Positions 22,556-35,205 are shown, counted from the stretch's first letter. The stretch: 64,000 nt of DNA from Mobula birostris (GCF_030028105.1 NC_092381.1:106939835-107003834), one strand, 5' to 3'. Program-made: numbers and translations. Notes: generated from the sequence alone by a model not told the origin.

Positions 22556-23630
22556 CTGCAACCAAGAGTCCGTCTCCTCATATAATGAGTCTATTCAGGT
22601 TTAATATCACCGGTATATTTGTGAAATTTGTTGTTATGTGGCAGCAGTACAACACAATTCATAATAATAATAAAAACTATAAATTACTAAAAGAAAAACA
22701 TTTAAAATTTTAATTTAGACAAGTAGTGCAAAAGAAGAGAAAAAATGTAGAAAGTAAGGAGACAGTGTTCATGGGGTCATTGTCCGTTCTGAAATTGGAT
22801 GGCAGAGGGGAAGAAACCCTGAATCGTTAACTGTTCTGTACCTCCTTCCTGATGGCAGCAATGAGAAGAGACCATGTCTTCTTTCCAAGGGTCTGACAGC
22901 AGCGGGTTAAAAGCTGTCCTCCTGCGTGGTGATATATGCTCTCAAGTTTGTGCATCTTCTGTCTGATGGGAGAGGGGAGAAGAATTTCCCGGATGGAGGG
23001 CTAAAAAAGAACAAACCGCCTGCAGGTGACCCAGGGCAACCTGACAGCCAGTGAGGTATGACTGGTATCACAAGACAAACTGCAGCCATCTTGGACACAA
23101 ACAGATTTGTGATAATCATAGCTCATCAAGAACGCTAGAGGGAATATCCTAGCGTTGCGGGTTCCGTCCTCTGTTCAACATCTTATAGAGATGAACTCTA
23201 CTCCTTAGCAACACACACACACACACACACAAACTGCTGGGGGAACTAAGCAGGTCAGGCAGCATCAATGGAAAAGAGTAAACAGTCGACATATCAGCTG
23301 AGATCCTTTCCAGAACTGAAAGAGGGAAGGGGAGGGGAAAATTACGGGAAGTTGGAGAAAAAAATTTCCTTTTTGAGTACTGTATATGTCTGATTTATCA
23401 GCGATCTGATTTCAAAGGTTCATTTTATTATCAAAGTATGTATGCAGAATACACCTCCGAGATTTGTCTTCTCCAGATAGTCATGAAAAATAGAAAACCA
23501 TAGAACCAAAGACATAAATCTTCCCCCTGCATGAAAAGAAAAATAAGCAAAATTTCGCAAAACCCAACCCCTCCCTTGCACAAAAACTAACAGATCAGAA
23601 CATCAAACCCCAAAACCCAGCCTTCCAATC

Positions 23631-26600
23631 GGTAACACTTGAATCCTAGGGAGACCAATATCCTGGCAGGGAAATTAGCGAGGGCTACTGAGGTGACTTT
23701 AAACTAGAATGGTTGGGGAGTGGGAATCAAATTAAAGAGGCTAGGCGAGAGGAGGTTAGTTCACAACAGGGGGATGGGAACCAGTGCAGAGAGACAGAGG
23801 GGTGTAAAGTGAGGGTAGAAGCAAAAAGTAAAAGTGGCAGGCCGACAAATCCAGGGCAAGCATCAAAAAGGGCCACTTTTCAACATAATTGTATAAGGGC
23901 TAAGAGAGTTGTAAAAGAGCGCCTGAAGGCTTTGTGTGTCAATGCAAGGAGCATTCGTAACAAGGTGGATGAATTGAAAGTACAGATTGTTATTAATGAT
24001 CATGATATAGTTGGGATCACAGAGACATGGCTCCAGGGTGACCAAGGATGGGAGCTCAACGTTCAGGGATATTCAATATTCAGGAGGGATAGACATGAAA
24101 GAAAAGGAGGTGGGGTGGCATTGCTGGTTAGAGATGAGATTAATGCAATAGAAAGGAAGGACATTAGCCGGGAAGATGTGGAATCGATATGGGTAGAGCT
24201 GCATAACACTAAGGGGCAGAAAATGCTGGTGGGAGTTGTGTACAAGCCACCTAACAGTAGTAGTGAGGTCAGAGATGGTATTAAACAGGAAATTAGAAAT
24301 GTGTGCAATAAAGGAACAGCAGTTATAATGGGTGACTTCAATCTACATGTAGATTGGGTGAACCAAATTGGTAAAGGCGCTGAGGAAGAGGATTTCTTGG
24401 AATGTATGCGGGATGGTTTTTTGAACCAACACGTCGAAGAACCAACTAGAGAGCAGGCTATTCTAGACTGGGTTTTGAGCAATGAGGAAGGGATAATTAG
24501 CAATCTTGTCGTGAGAGGCCCCTTGGGTAAGAGTGACCATAATATGGTGGAATTCTTCATTAAGATGGAGAGTGACATAGTTAATTCAGAAACAAAGGTT
24601 CTGAACTTAAAGAGGGGTAACTTTGAGGGTATGAGTCGTGAATTAGCTAAGATAGACTGGCAAATAACACTTAAAGGATTGACGGTGGATATGCAATGGC
24701 AAGCATTTAAAGATTGCATGGATGAACTACAACAATTGTTCATCCCAGTTTGGCAAAAGAATAAATCAAGGAAGGTAGTGCACCCGTGGCTGACAAGAGA
24801 AATTAGGGATAGTATCAATTCCAAAGAAGAAGCATCCAAATTAGCCAGAAAAAGTGGCTCACCTGAGGACTGGGAGAAATTCAGAGTTCAGCAGAGGAGG
24901 ACAAAGGGCTTAATTAGGAAGGGGAAAACAGATTATGACAGAAAACTGGCAGGGAACATAAAAACTGACTGTAAAAGCTTTTATAGATATGTAAAAAGGA
25001 AAAGACTGGTAAAGACAAATGTAGGTCCCCTACAGACAGAAACAGGTGAATTGATTATGGGAAGCAAGTACATGGCAGACCAATTGAATAATTACTTTGG
25101 TTCTGTCTTCACTGAGGAGGACATAAATAATCTTCCAGAAATAGTAGGGGACAGAGGGTCCAGTGAGATGGAGGAACTGAGCGAAATACATGTTAGTAGG
25201 GAAGTGGTGTTAGGTAAATTGAAGGGATTAAAGGCAGATAAATCCCCAGGGCCAGATGGTCTGCATCCCAGAGTGCTTAAGGAAGTAGCCCAAGAAATAA
25301 TGCATGCATTAGTGATAATTTTTCAAAACTCGTTAGATCCTGGACTAGTTCCTGAGGATTGGAGGGTGGCTAATGTAACCCCACTTTTTAAAAAAGGAGG
25401 GAGAGAGAAACCGGGGAATTATAGACCGGTTAGCCTAATGTCGGTGGTGGGGAAACTGCTGGAGTCAGTTATCGAGGATGTGATAGCAGCACATTTGGAA
25501 AGCGGTGAAATGATCGGACAAAGTCAGCATGGATTTGTGAAAGGAAAATCATGTCTGACGAATCTCATAGAATTTTTTGAGGATGTAACTAGTAGAGTGG
25601 ATAGGGGAGAACCAGTGGATGTGGTATATTTGGATTTTCAAAAGGCTTTTGACAAGGTTCCACACAGGAGATTAGTGTGCAAACTTAAAGCACACGGTAT
25701 TGGGGGTAAGGTATTGATGTGGATAGAGAATTGGTTAGCAGACAGGAAGCAAAGAGTGGGAATAAACGGGACCTTTTCAGAACGGCAGGCAGTGACTAGT
25801 GGGGTACCGCAAGGCTCAGTGCTGGGACCCCAGTTGTTTACAATATATATTAATGACTTGGATGAGAGGACTAAATGCAGCATCTCCAAGTTTGCGGATG
25901 ACACGAAGCTGGGCGGCAGTGTTAGCTGTGAGGAGGATGCTAAGAGGATGCAGGGTGACTTGGATAGGTTGGGTGAGTGGGCAAATTCATGGCAGATGCA
26001 ATTTAATGTGGATAAATGTGAAGTTATCCACTTTGGTGGCAAAAATAGGAAAACAGATTATTATCTGAATGGTGGCCGATTAGGAAAATGGGAGGTGCAA
26101 CGAGACCTGGGTGTCATTATACACCAGTCATTGAAAGTGGGCATGCAGGTACAGCAGGCGGTGAAAAAGGCGAATGGTATGCTGGCATTTATAGCGAGAG
26201 GATTCAAGTACAGGAGCAGGGAGGTACTACTGCAGTCGTACAAGGCCTTGGTGAGACCACACCTGGAGTATTGTGTGCAGTTTTGGTCCCCTAATCTGAG
26301 GAAAGACATCCTTGCCATAGAGGGAGTACAAAGAAGGTTCACCAGATTGATTCCTGGGATGGCAGGACTTTCATATGAAGAAAGACTGGATGAACTGGGC
26401 TTGTACTCGTTGGAATTTAGAAGATTGAGGGGGGATCTGATTGAAACGTATAAAATCCTAAAGGGATTGGACAGGCTAGATGCAGGAAGATTGTTCCCGA
26501 TGTTGGGGAAGTCCAGAACGAGGGGTCACAGTTTGAGGATAAAGGGGAAGCCTTTTAGGACTGAGATTAGGAAAAACTTCTTCACACAGAGAGTGGTGAA

Positions 26601-26822
26601 TCTGTGGAATTCTCTGCCACAGGAAACAGTTGAGGCCAGTTCATTGGCTATATTTAAGAGGGAGTTAGATATGGCCCTTGTGGCTACGAGGATCAGGGGG
26701 TATGGAGGGAAGGCTGGTGCAGGGTTCTGAGTTGGATGATCAGCCATGATCATAATAAATGGCGGTGCAGGCTTGAAGGGCTGAATGGCCTACTCCTGCA
26801 CCTATTATCTATGTTTCTATGT
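23631..26822 (+). mobile_element. Young CR1 LINE, 5'-truncated in ORF1, with intact ORF2
   Basis: End of esterase-type ORF1 (HLNPRETNILAG...LN*, stop 23705-23707), then uninterrupted ORF2, 3' UTR and ctatgtttctatgt tail. Confidence 0.95.
23698..26730 (+). CDS. CR1 ORF2: APE endonuclease plus reverse transcriptase (no in-frame ATG at its start)
   Basis: NARS, ITETW, MGDFN, LDWV and SDH endonuclease motifs; LDFQKAFD, GVPQGSVLGP and FADD RT motifs; ~1000 codons without a stop. Confidence 0.9.
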   Translation, partial: FKLEWLGSGNQIKEARREEVSSQQGDGNQCRETEGCKVRVEAKSKSGRPTNPGQASKRATFQHNCIRAKRVVKERLKALCVNARSIRNKVDELKVQIVINDHDIVGITETWLQGDQGWELNVQGYSIFRRDRHERKGGGVALLVRDEINAIERKDISREDVESIWVELHNTKGQKMLVGVVYKPPNSSSEVRDGIKQEIRNVCNKGTAVIMGDFNLHVDWVNQIGKGAEEEDFLECMRDGFLNQHVEEPTREQAILDWVLSNEEGIISNLVVRGPLGKSDHNMVEFFIKMESDIVNSETKVLNLKRGNFEGMSRELAKIDWQITLKGLTVDMQWQAFKDCMDELQQLFIPVWQKNKSRKVVHPWLTREIRDSINSKEEASKLARKSGSPEDWEKFRVQQRRTKGLIRKGKTDYDRKLAGNIKTDCKSFYRYVKRKRLVKTNVGPLQTETGELIMGSKYMADQLNNYFGSVFTEEDINNLPEIVGDRGSSEMEELSEIHVSREVVLGKLKGLKADKSPGPDGLHPRVLKEVAQEIMHALVIIFQNSLDPGLVPEDWRVANVTPLFKKGGREKPGNYRPVSLMSVVGKLLESVIEDVIAAHLESGEMIGQSQHGFVKGKSCLTNLIEFFEDVTSRVDRGEPVDVVYLDFQKAFDKVPHRRLVCKLKAHGIGGKVLMWIENWLADRKQRVGINGTFSERQAVTSGVPQGSVLGPQLFTIYINDLDERTKCSISKFADDTKLGGSVSCEEDAKRMQGDLDRLGEWANSWQMQFNVDKCEVIHFGGKNRKTDYYLNGGRLGKWEVQRDLGVIIHQSLKVGMQVQQAVKKANGMLAFIARGFKYRSREVLLQSYKALVRPHLEYCVQFWSPNLRKDILAIEGVQRRFTRLIPGMAGLSYEERLDELGLYSLEFRRLRGDLIETYKILKGLDRLDAGRLFPMLGKSRTRGHSLRIKGKPFRTEIRKNFFTQRVVNLWNSLPQETVEASSLAIFKRELDMALVATRIRGYGGKAGAGF

Positions 26823-27489
26823 AAGAAAGAATGGGCAAGAATACCAAAAAATCATAGGAGCAATATGAATCCCAGACCGGCCGCCTCGAATTTGATTTCA
26901 ATCACCGCACCCTTGCAACCGTGGTTTGGGCCTCTTTTAAATTAGCTGTCTGATGCCCCATTTATAGACCAGCAGTGATCATTTCATTGTTCTTGTGAAA
27001 AGGAGTAGGGCAGAAAATTACTTTATTTATAGTGATGTATAACAGTTACTATCTAATTTGCTCTGGGTTGGTAACTTTATGTTCCAGTAATTATGGGGTT
27101 AAAAAGCAGGCAATGATAACTGTACCAGAAAACCCAGCTGCTTCATTAATAACGCCCAGGAGAGTCAGTCTGCTGCACTCATCCTGAAAGGTATTCGGCA
27201 TGCCATCTAAAACTTTGATAAACTTCTGTAGCTGTACAGTGGAGACTTTTCTGACTGGTTGCCTCACGGCCCGGTATAGAAACATTAATGCCCAAGAATG
27301 GAAGATCCGACAAAAAGTGTTGCATATGGCTCAGTCTGTCACAGGAAAAACCCTCTGCAATAAGCACATCCACACAGAGTGCTATCGCAGGAAAACAGCA
27401 GCCATCATCAGGGTTCCCACCTGCCAGGTCATGCTCTTTTCTTGCTGCTTCCATCAGGATCTGATTTGACAAGAGTCCACATGAACAGA

Positions 27490-28745
27490 ATCAGAATCAG
27501 GTTTAATATCACCAGTATGTGTTGTGAAATTTGTTAACTTAGTAGCAGCAGTTCAATGCAATACATAATCTAGAAAAAAAATAAATCTTATTTAGTATAC
27601 TTTATACAATATATGTATATTGAATAGATTAAAAATTGTACAAAAATATACTATATATTTTTTCAAAAGTGAGGTAGTGTCCAAAGGTTCAATGTCCATT
27701 TACGAATCGGATGGCAGAGGGGAAGAAGCTGTTCCTGAATCACTGAGTGTGTGCCTTCAGGCTTCTGTACCCCCTCCCTGATGGTAACAGTGAGAAAAGG
27801 GCATGCCCTGGGTGCTGGAGGTCCTTAATAATAGACGCTGCCTTTCTGAGACACCACTCCTTGAAGATGTTCTGGGTACTTTGTAGGCTAGTACCCAAGA
27901 TGGAGCCGACTAAATTTACAACCTTCTGCAGCTTCTTTCGGTCCTGTGCAGTAGCCCCTCCATACCAGACAGTGATGCAGCCTGTCAGAATGCTCTCCAC
28001 GGTACAACTATAGAAGTTTTTGAGTGTATTTGTACTCCTAATAAAGTATAGCCGCTGTCTTGCCTTCTTTATAACGACATCAATATGTTGGGACCAGGTT
28101 AGGTCCTCAGAGATCTTGACACCCAGGAACTTGAAGTTGCTCACTCTCTCCACTTCTGATCCCTCTATGAGGATTGGCATGTGTTCCTTCACCTTTTTCA
28201 CACAGAGGGTTGTGGTTCTGTGGAATGCTCTGCCTCAGAAGGCAGTGGAGGCCAATTCTCTGGATTCTTTCAAAAAAGAGTTAGATAGAGCTCTTAAAGA
28301 TAGCGGAGTCAAGGGATATGGGGAGAAGGCAGGAACGGGGTACTGATTGTGGATGATCAGCCATGATCACAGTGAATGGTGGTGCTGGCTCGAAGGGCTG
28401 AATGGCCTACTCCTGCACCTATTGTCTATTGTCTTACCTTCCTGAAGTCCACAAGCAGCTCTTTCATTTTACTGACGTTGAGTGCCAGGTTGTTGCTGCG
28501 ACACCACTACACTAGTTGGCATATCTCACTCCCGTACGGCCTCTCGTCATCACCTGAGATTCTACCAACAATGACTGTATCATCAGCAAATTTGTAGATA
28601 ACATTTGAGCTATGCCTAGTCACTCAGTCATGGGTATAGAGAGAGTAGAGCAGTGGGCTAAGCACACACCCCTGAGGTGCACCAGTGTCGATCGTCAGAG
28701 AAGAGGAGATGTTATTACCAATCCGCACAGATTGTGGTCTTCCGG
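27490..28745 (-). mobile_element. Rex1/Babar-like LINE fragment interrupted by a CR1 3' fragment (~28190-28432, +)
   Basis: FKFLGVKISEDLTWS, FYSCTVESILTGCITVWYG and KFADDT motifs; the embedded segment matches the CR1 3' end. Confidence 0.8.
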
Positions 28746-29099
28746 TTAGGACTCGGCCTGAGAAGTCAACTGTCCATTTCCGTCCACAACTGCCTGACAC
28801 GCTGAGACTTTCCAGCAGTTTGCAAGTACAGTATCGACAGTTGATGTATCACCTCCGGATCTGTAGGTTCCCAGATCTCTACAGTGAGTCAGAGTAGCCT
28901 TGTCTACCTGAACTGTGGAGGGTAGAGCGGTGGATAGGTACGATGACGGTGCAGACTGACTGGAATGGGTCGGGGGATCGCTGCCCCGCTGCTTAGCACC
29001 TGTACGGACCACCCCCTCGACGAGCCGGATGAGGTCTGGGTGAACGTCAGCCCTGGTCCGAGGCACACCGACCCGCCGGGTGAACACTGGACCCAGTCA

Positions 29100-29309
29100 C
29101 GTATACATTAACCCCGGTGTTGGTTCCTGTTTCCATCCAACAAAGTTTTTTACAAAACGAAAAGTTTCTCTGAACTTTCAGCCAATCGCATCGAGGGGTG
29201 GCGCGGAGAGCTGGGACGCGGCGTGACGTCACTGCTGTTCCGGGTGGAAGGTCGCGCGGAGCAGCTTTCCGGTTTCCATTTCTTGTCCGGACGGGGCTCG
29301 TGAGGGAAA
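29100..29309 (+). promoter_or_regulatory. ERH CpG-island promoter and 5' UTR
   Basis: CCAAT box (gccaatc ~29181), perfect CRE TGACGTCA at 29224-29231, ETS-like TTCCGG sites, and YY1-like AAAATGG overlapping the ATG. Confidence 0.75.
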
Positions 29310-29312
29310 ATG
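29310..29312 (+). CDS. ERH: ERH exon 1 (ATG only)
   Basis: aaaATG|gtgaaa; exon 2 begins with Ser2 in phase 0, so exon 1 contributes only the Met. Confidence 0.75.
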
Positions 29313-29589
29313 GTGAAAGTTGTTTTTGTTGGGAGGAGGGAGGAGAGAGGGCGGAGGTGGTCTGGGTTGGAGGAGGAGGTGTGGGGATGCGGGGTGTTGC
29401 AGATCCTTGGCCTCCAGTTCAGATGAGTGGTGGGGTGCGATGGAGGGAAGGGAGAGGGTGCTTTGCTGTAGCATTGATAGATAGGTATACTTCATTAATC
29501 CCGAGGGAAATTTGGTTTCGTTACAGCCGCACCAACCAAGAATAGAGCGTAAAAATAGAGCGTTCACTGACGGTAGGGAGGGTGTGTGG

Positions 29590-29910
29590 GGCAAGGAAAT
29601 GAGAGGGAGGGGGGTAGGATGGGAGAGGGGGTAGTGGGGGAGGGAGGGAGAGGGGGTAGGGGGGAGGGGATAGGGTGGGAGAGGGAGCAGGGGTGGTGGG
29701 GAGAGGGAGAGGGGGTAGTGGGGGAGGGTGGGAGAGGGTAGTGGGGGAGGGTGGGAGATGGGGTAGGAGGGAGGGGATAGAGAGGTTAGGGCGGGAGAGG
29801 GGTTAGTGAGGGAGGGAGGGGGGTAGGGAGGGAGAGGGGTTGGTGGGTGAGGGTGAAGGACAGGGAGAAGTGGAATGGATAAGAAGGAGGAGAGGTAGGG
29901 GGAGGGAGGG
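29590..29910 (+). repeat. G-run-rich low-complexity tract in ERH intron 1 (G-quadruplex prone)
   Basis: Dozens of GGG to GGGGG runs with 1-3 nt spacers. Confidence 0.75.
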
Positions 29911-30026
29911 GAGAAGAGACTCAGCCAACCTGAGGAGATTGGGGTGTGGAGGCCAGGGATACTGAATCGGTGACGGAGGAGTTGAGCAGACCATTACTCA
30001 GACACTCATCGCCTCACTCTTTTCAG

Positions 30027-30114
30027 TCACACACCATCCTGCTGGTGCAGCCCACAAAACGACCAGAGGGCAGGACGTATGCCGACTATGAATCTGTCAA
30101 TGAGTGTATGGAAG
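30027..30114 (+). CDS. ERH: ERH exon 2
   Basis: tttcag|[30 protein letters not shown]|gtagag, 88 nt. Confidence 0.97.
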
Positions 30115-32195
30115 GTAGAGTACTCCACTTAATCTGACCAGAGATGTGAGGTGTATGATTCTCTGCTTCATTACCGAGCTGTAACTGGGAGTTGGGGCAA
30201 CCTGGTCATTTCTAACTTGCACCTAAGCCCAGGCACTGTTTAGATTTCTGGGCCGACAGACAACCAGCTGGAGGAACTCGGTGTGTTGAGCAATGGAGTG
30301 AAATGGGAATAGACAGAATCTGTGGAAAGGGAAAAAGGAGTTGACATTTTGGGATGAGCTCCTTCATTTGAGAGTTCTGATGAAGGGTCTCAGCCTGACA
30401 TGTCGACTGTTTATTCCTCTCCACAGATGCTGCCTGATCTGCTGAATTCCACCAGCATTTTGTGTCTGCTGTGGATTTCCAGCATCTACTGAATTTCTCC
30501 TGTTTATATAATATGTAACTTTAAGACGTCCCAAGTTAGATTAGGTTCTGTGCTGAGGCAAGTTATTTAAATCCTTGAAGCACTGCAAATAGTCCCGGAG
30601 CAGAAACTATTCCTTTCACCCACACACGCTGCTCGACCTGCTGGGTTCATCCAGCAGATTGTCTGTCGCTCCAGACTCCAGTGTCTGCTGCCTCTCACGC
30701 CTCCTCTACTTTGTCATTAACTGCTCAGCCCAAGTAGACTCCCGAGGTCTCTAGTCCCTCATCCATTCCTCTCTTGGCTCTCAGCAGGCCTCTGAATCTC
30801 CCAGGCAGAATCATCAATGCTGCTTCTCTGCTGAGGCTGTTTGTATTCACCTCTCTGTGAGGTTTGGAGTGTGGTCAAATCCTGATTATTTATTTAGTGT
30901 GATACAGCGTGGAATAAGCTCTTTGAACTTTGCTGCTCAGCAATCTCCTGATTTAATCCTAGCCTAATCACAAGACAATTTACAGTGATCAATTAATCTA
31001 TCACTGGTGCGTTTGGACTGTGGGAGGAAACCCACACGATCATGGGGAGAATGTGCAAACTCTTTGCAGGCGGCGGGGGCAATTGAACTCAGGATGCTGG
31101 TACTGTAAAGCGTTGTGCTAGCCACTATGCTGCCGTGCCACCCCACGCTTACTTGTTTAATGAGCAACAAAGGCTGCTGGAAATTCTTCACATTGGGAAA
31201 AAGCCGTATTATTTTGGATAACATCTGTCAGAAGGAGTCTGATTGCTAACCATTGCAGGTGAGGAAGGCGACACTGGCCTTTGTCGGTCATAACATCGGG
31301 CACAGAAGTTGGGAAGTTTTGGTATAAGCTGTTGGTGAGTGCACTTGGAGAGGGTGATAACTGAAAAGGGGCATAGGTTTACGACCAGAGGCAAGAGATT
31401 TAAAGGATATTCACAGTTTATTCACGTATTTGGAATGAGCTGCCAGAAGTAGTGGGTTGAGGTGGGCGCATTAGCAACATGTAGGTATGTACATGGAGAG
31501 CAGAGGTTTCGAGGCACATGGAGAGCGCACAGCTTTACAGTACAGGCAGCCCAGGTTCAATTCTCACTGCTGTCTGTACATTCTCCCCGTGACCGTGAGA
31601 GTTTCCTCCCACAGTCCAAAGACGTACCGATTGGTAGGTTAATTGGTCACTGCAAATTGTCCCATGATCAGGCTGGGATTAAATCGGAGGCTGCTGGGTG
31701 GTGCAGCTGGAAGAGCTGGTTCTGTGCTTTGTCTCGAGGGCTATAGGCCAGAGGTGGGCAGATGGGACTAGCTCACTGGACAGTGCAGTCAGCAAGCATG
31801 AGTTGGGTAGCAGGGCCTGTTTCCATGCTGTGTAAGTCTGCAATTGGAAATGTTTCCTTTCAGATCTGTTGCCTGTCAAACGGAATATTTCCAGCTCTAA
31901 TAAGAAGTTACTGTTGGATCCTCAATAAAGAGTTTAAATCAATTGACCTGAGACCAAACATCGTTTGCCCTGGCATCACTTAAAGTTAATTTGATAACGT
32001 CCCTCAGTCATTTTGTTGTTTCTGCTGTGATTTCTCCGATTGTTTCCCCTTTGAGGGAGGTAATGAGCTGGGAGGGAGTGCCAACTTATGCATCATGAGG
32101 GGAGGCAATTCAGCTTGCATCCATTGCTTGTGCATTAAAGGTTTTGCATCAAGTTGGGTGTTAAATACATTAAGTTTGTGTTTGTTTCTCCATAG

Positions 32196-32316
32196 GTGTC
32201 TGTAAAATGTTTGAAGAGCATCTGAAACGGATGAACCCCAACAGCCCCTCTATCACATACGACATCAGCCAACTCTTCGACTTCATTGACGACCTTGCTG
32301 ACCTGAGCTGTCTCGT
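32196..32316 (+). CDS. ERH: ERH exon 3
   Basis: catag|[41 protein letters not shown]|gtaagt, 121 nt. Confidence 0.97.
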
Positions 32317-35205
32317 GTAAGTGCAGTTGCCACTTGTGTCTCAGCAGAGGTCTTTCAGCCCTCGACCTGGAGCAACAAACATTCGACCGGAGGGGCAAGT
32401 CCTGATGCAGGATTTCCACCTGAAACAAGACAATTCCTCTCCTGCTACAGACACTGCTTGACCTGCTGACCTCCTCCTGCAGATTGTTTGTTGCTCCAGA
32501 TTCCAGCGTCTGTTGTCTCTGGTGTCTTCTGCAGCCGATCTCTATTTGAATTCCTTTGCAATACCTTGGTTAACCATTAGCCTTGTCACTCCAGGGAAGT
32601 CTGTTGCTTCCATTTGGTCCTCAGGACTTTGCATTTTCTACTGGAGTTAGAGATTCATCTTCTGTATTTCAGCTTCGCCCTCTGTTGCTGGCCTTTGAGG
32701 CTCTGCTCATTTGGGATTTTTATACACTTAAGTCTTACGTGAAATTTATCCAACGCTCACCTCGTTACTCAGGAGTGGCAAAGCTACTTTTAAGAACTTG
32801 ACATTTGTTTTGTTAGCCAAAACACTGGCAAGTTTCTACAGATGTGCCATGAAGAGCATTCTAACTGCTGCACCACCGTCTGGGGGGGGCGGGAGGCAGC
32901 TGCACAGGATCGAATTAAGCTGCAGAGAGTAGCTCCGTCATGGGCACTAACCTCCATAGTATCCAGGACATCTTCAAGGAGTGATGACTCAAAAAGGCGG
33001 TGTCTATCATTAAGGACCCCCATCACCCAGGTCATGCCCTGTTCTCATTGAACCATCAGGGAAGAGGTACAGAAGATGCACGCTCAAAGATTCAGGAACA
33101 GCTTCTCCCCCCTGCCATCCGATTTCTGAATGGACATCGAACCCGTGAACACTACCTCACTATTTTTGCACAACTTATTTAATTAAACCTGATTCTGAAC
33201 ACAGCTTCCTGAGGCCACCGGATACAAACCCCACTAACTGATGGATTATGAATATATTGTACCTGTTGTGGAGTTAGTCTACCAGTGTAGGGCTAGCTAA
33301 GTACTTATCAAAGAGGCAGCAAACGGAGAGCAGGCGTATGGCGTTCAAGATGTGGATCTGATTACTGGCAGTACAGGTCTGAATGGGCTTCTTGGTGAGT
33401 GTAAAGTCACTGAAAAGCAGTTTGGTCAGATCCAGTTTGAATTGAGCCCCTAATAATTCCCAGTGTTAATGGGATGCTGAATTGAGGAGCTGTGGTACAA
33501 TTTCAGTGGCCAAACATTTTAATTTTGAATCCCATTCCTGTTCCGGGTCCGTGGCTGCCTCTTGTGAGAAGATGAGGCCCCCTCAGGTGGAGGAGCAACA
33601 CCTTGTATTCTGTGTGCGTACCCACCAACCTGATGGCATGAATATTGATTTCTCCTGGTGAAAAAAATCACAAATTCCCCCCACCCTGCAACCACTTCTA
33701 TTCCCCTCTCCTGCCTATCACCTCCCCCTGGGGTCCCTCCTCCTTCCTTTTCTCTACTCTCCTATCAGATTCCTTCCTCTCCAGCTGTTGACCTTTCCCA
33801 CCCCCCTGGCCAGCCTCCTTTCCCTTTTTATTCAGACATCACCCCCCCCCCCCCACCCTTGGTGTGTTGATCGGATCCATTTTAAATTGAGTCCCAGTAA
33901 TTCCTGGTGTTAATGGGGTGCTGAATCAAGCAGCTGGGTGGAATGTTGGGAGTAGGTTTGTCAGACCAGGCAGCTTCCAACAAGTGCAAGAATCAGGTTT
34001 AAAAGCTCACCCAGATTCCGAATTCATCCAACCTAAATACGAATCAAATATAGTTTTAATATCAGCGGTATACGTCATGAAATTTGTTGTATGCAGAAGC
34101 AGTACAATGCAACACATAAAAAAAACTATAAATTACAATACCAAGTATATATTAAGTAGTGCAAAAATAGAAATGGAAAAAATAGCGAGGTAGTGCTCAT
34201 GGGTTCAATGTTTATTCAGAAATCGGATGGCAGAGAGGGAGAAGCTGTTCCTGAATCGTTCAGTGTATGCCTTCACACTTCCATACCTCCTCGCTGATGG
34301 TAGCAATGAGAAGAGAGCATGTCCTGGGTGATGGGGTCCTTAATGATGGACACCACCTTTTGGAAGTATCTTCAATCCTCAGGAGGCTAGAGCCTGTGAT
34401 GGAGCTGGAGTTCCTAACTTTCTACAGGTGGGTGGGATACCGATCGTAGAGGCTGCTCTACATTCTGCTCCTGTTCTCTTGGGGCAAGTCACTTGCTGCT
34501 CCTTGCCTGGTCCAAGCCTTGTGGCTGGTCATTTTCCAGTCAGTACTGTAACATCCCTGAACATTGTTGGGGTGTTGAGAGTCTCTCCTGTTTATGATCA
34601 GTGTGTGGCACTTTCTGTGCATGAATATGTTGTTCCTCTCCTGGAGGACAGGTCTTCAGTGCCATGGTCTGGTACCCAAGCCTTCTGTGTCATCCACTGC
34701 TGTCTCACTTCATGTGGGCACATGGCAGTGAATTCAATTGCTCAAAGAATCAACATCTGTCATTGTGGGGATATCGGGAGGAAGCTGAGGTGTAGTATCT
34801 GTTTAAGACCTTGTCATAAGAGCAGAATTAGGCCATTCAGCCCATTGAATCTGCTCTGCTGCTCCATCATGGCTGATTTACTATCCCTCTGAGCCCCATT
34901 CTCCTTTAACCTTTGACACCCTTACTAATGAAGAACTTAACCTTTGGTTTAAATATACCCAGACTGTCTGCAGCAATGAATTACAAAGGTTCACCATCCT
35001 TTGTCTACAGAAGTTCTTCCCCATCTCTCTTCTAAATGTATGTCCCTTTATTCTGAGGCGGTGCCCTCTGGTCCTAGACTCCCCCACTATGGGGAATATC
35101 CTCTCCTCGTCCACTCTATTTGGGCTTTTCAACACTCGATACCAAAGCTCCTGTTGATATTCTGATGAAGCATATTAAACGAAGTGTATTTGTTTTGTTC
35201 CACAG

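Noticed and set aside
28746-29087. Head-to-head gene (e.g. SLC39A9) upstream of ERH
   Set aside because: No frame resembles a ZIP transporter or any protein I recognise; part of the region is PLE-derived.
34428-34892. 154-aa ORF in ERH intron 3
   Set aside because: No motifs or splice support, and its ends overlap LINE fragments; possibly an old TE remnant.
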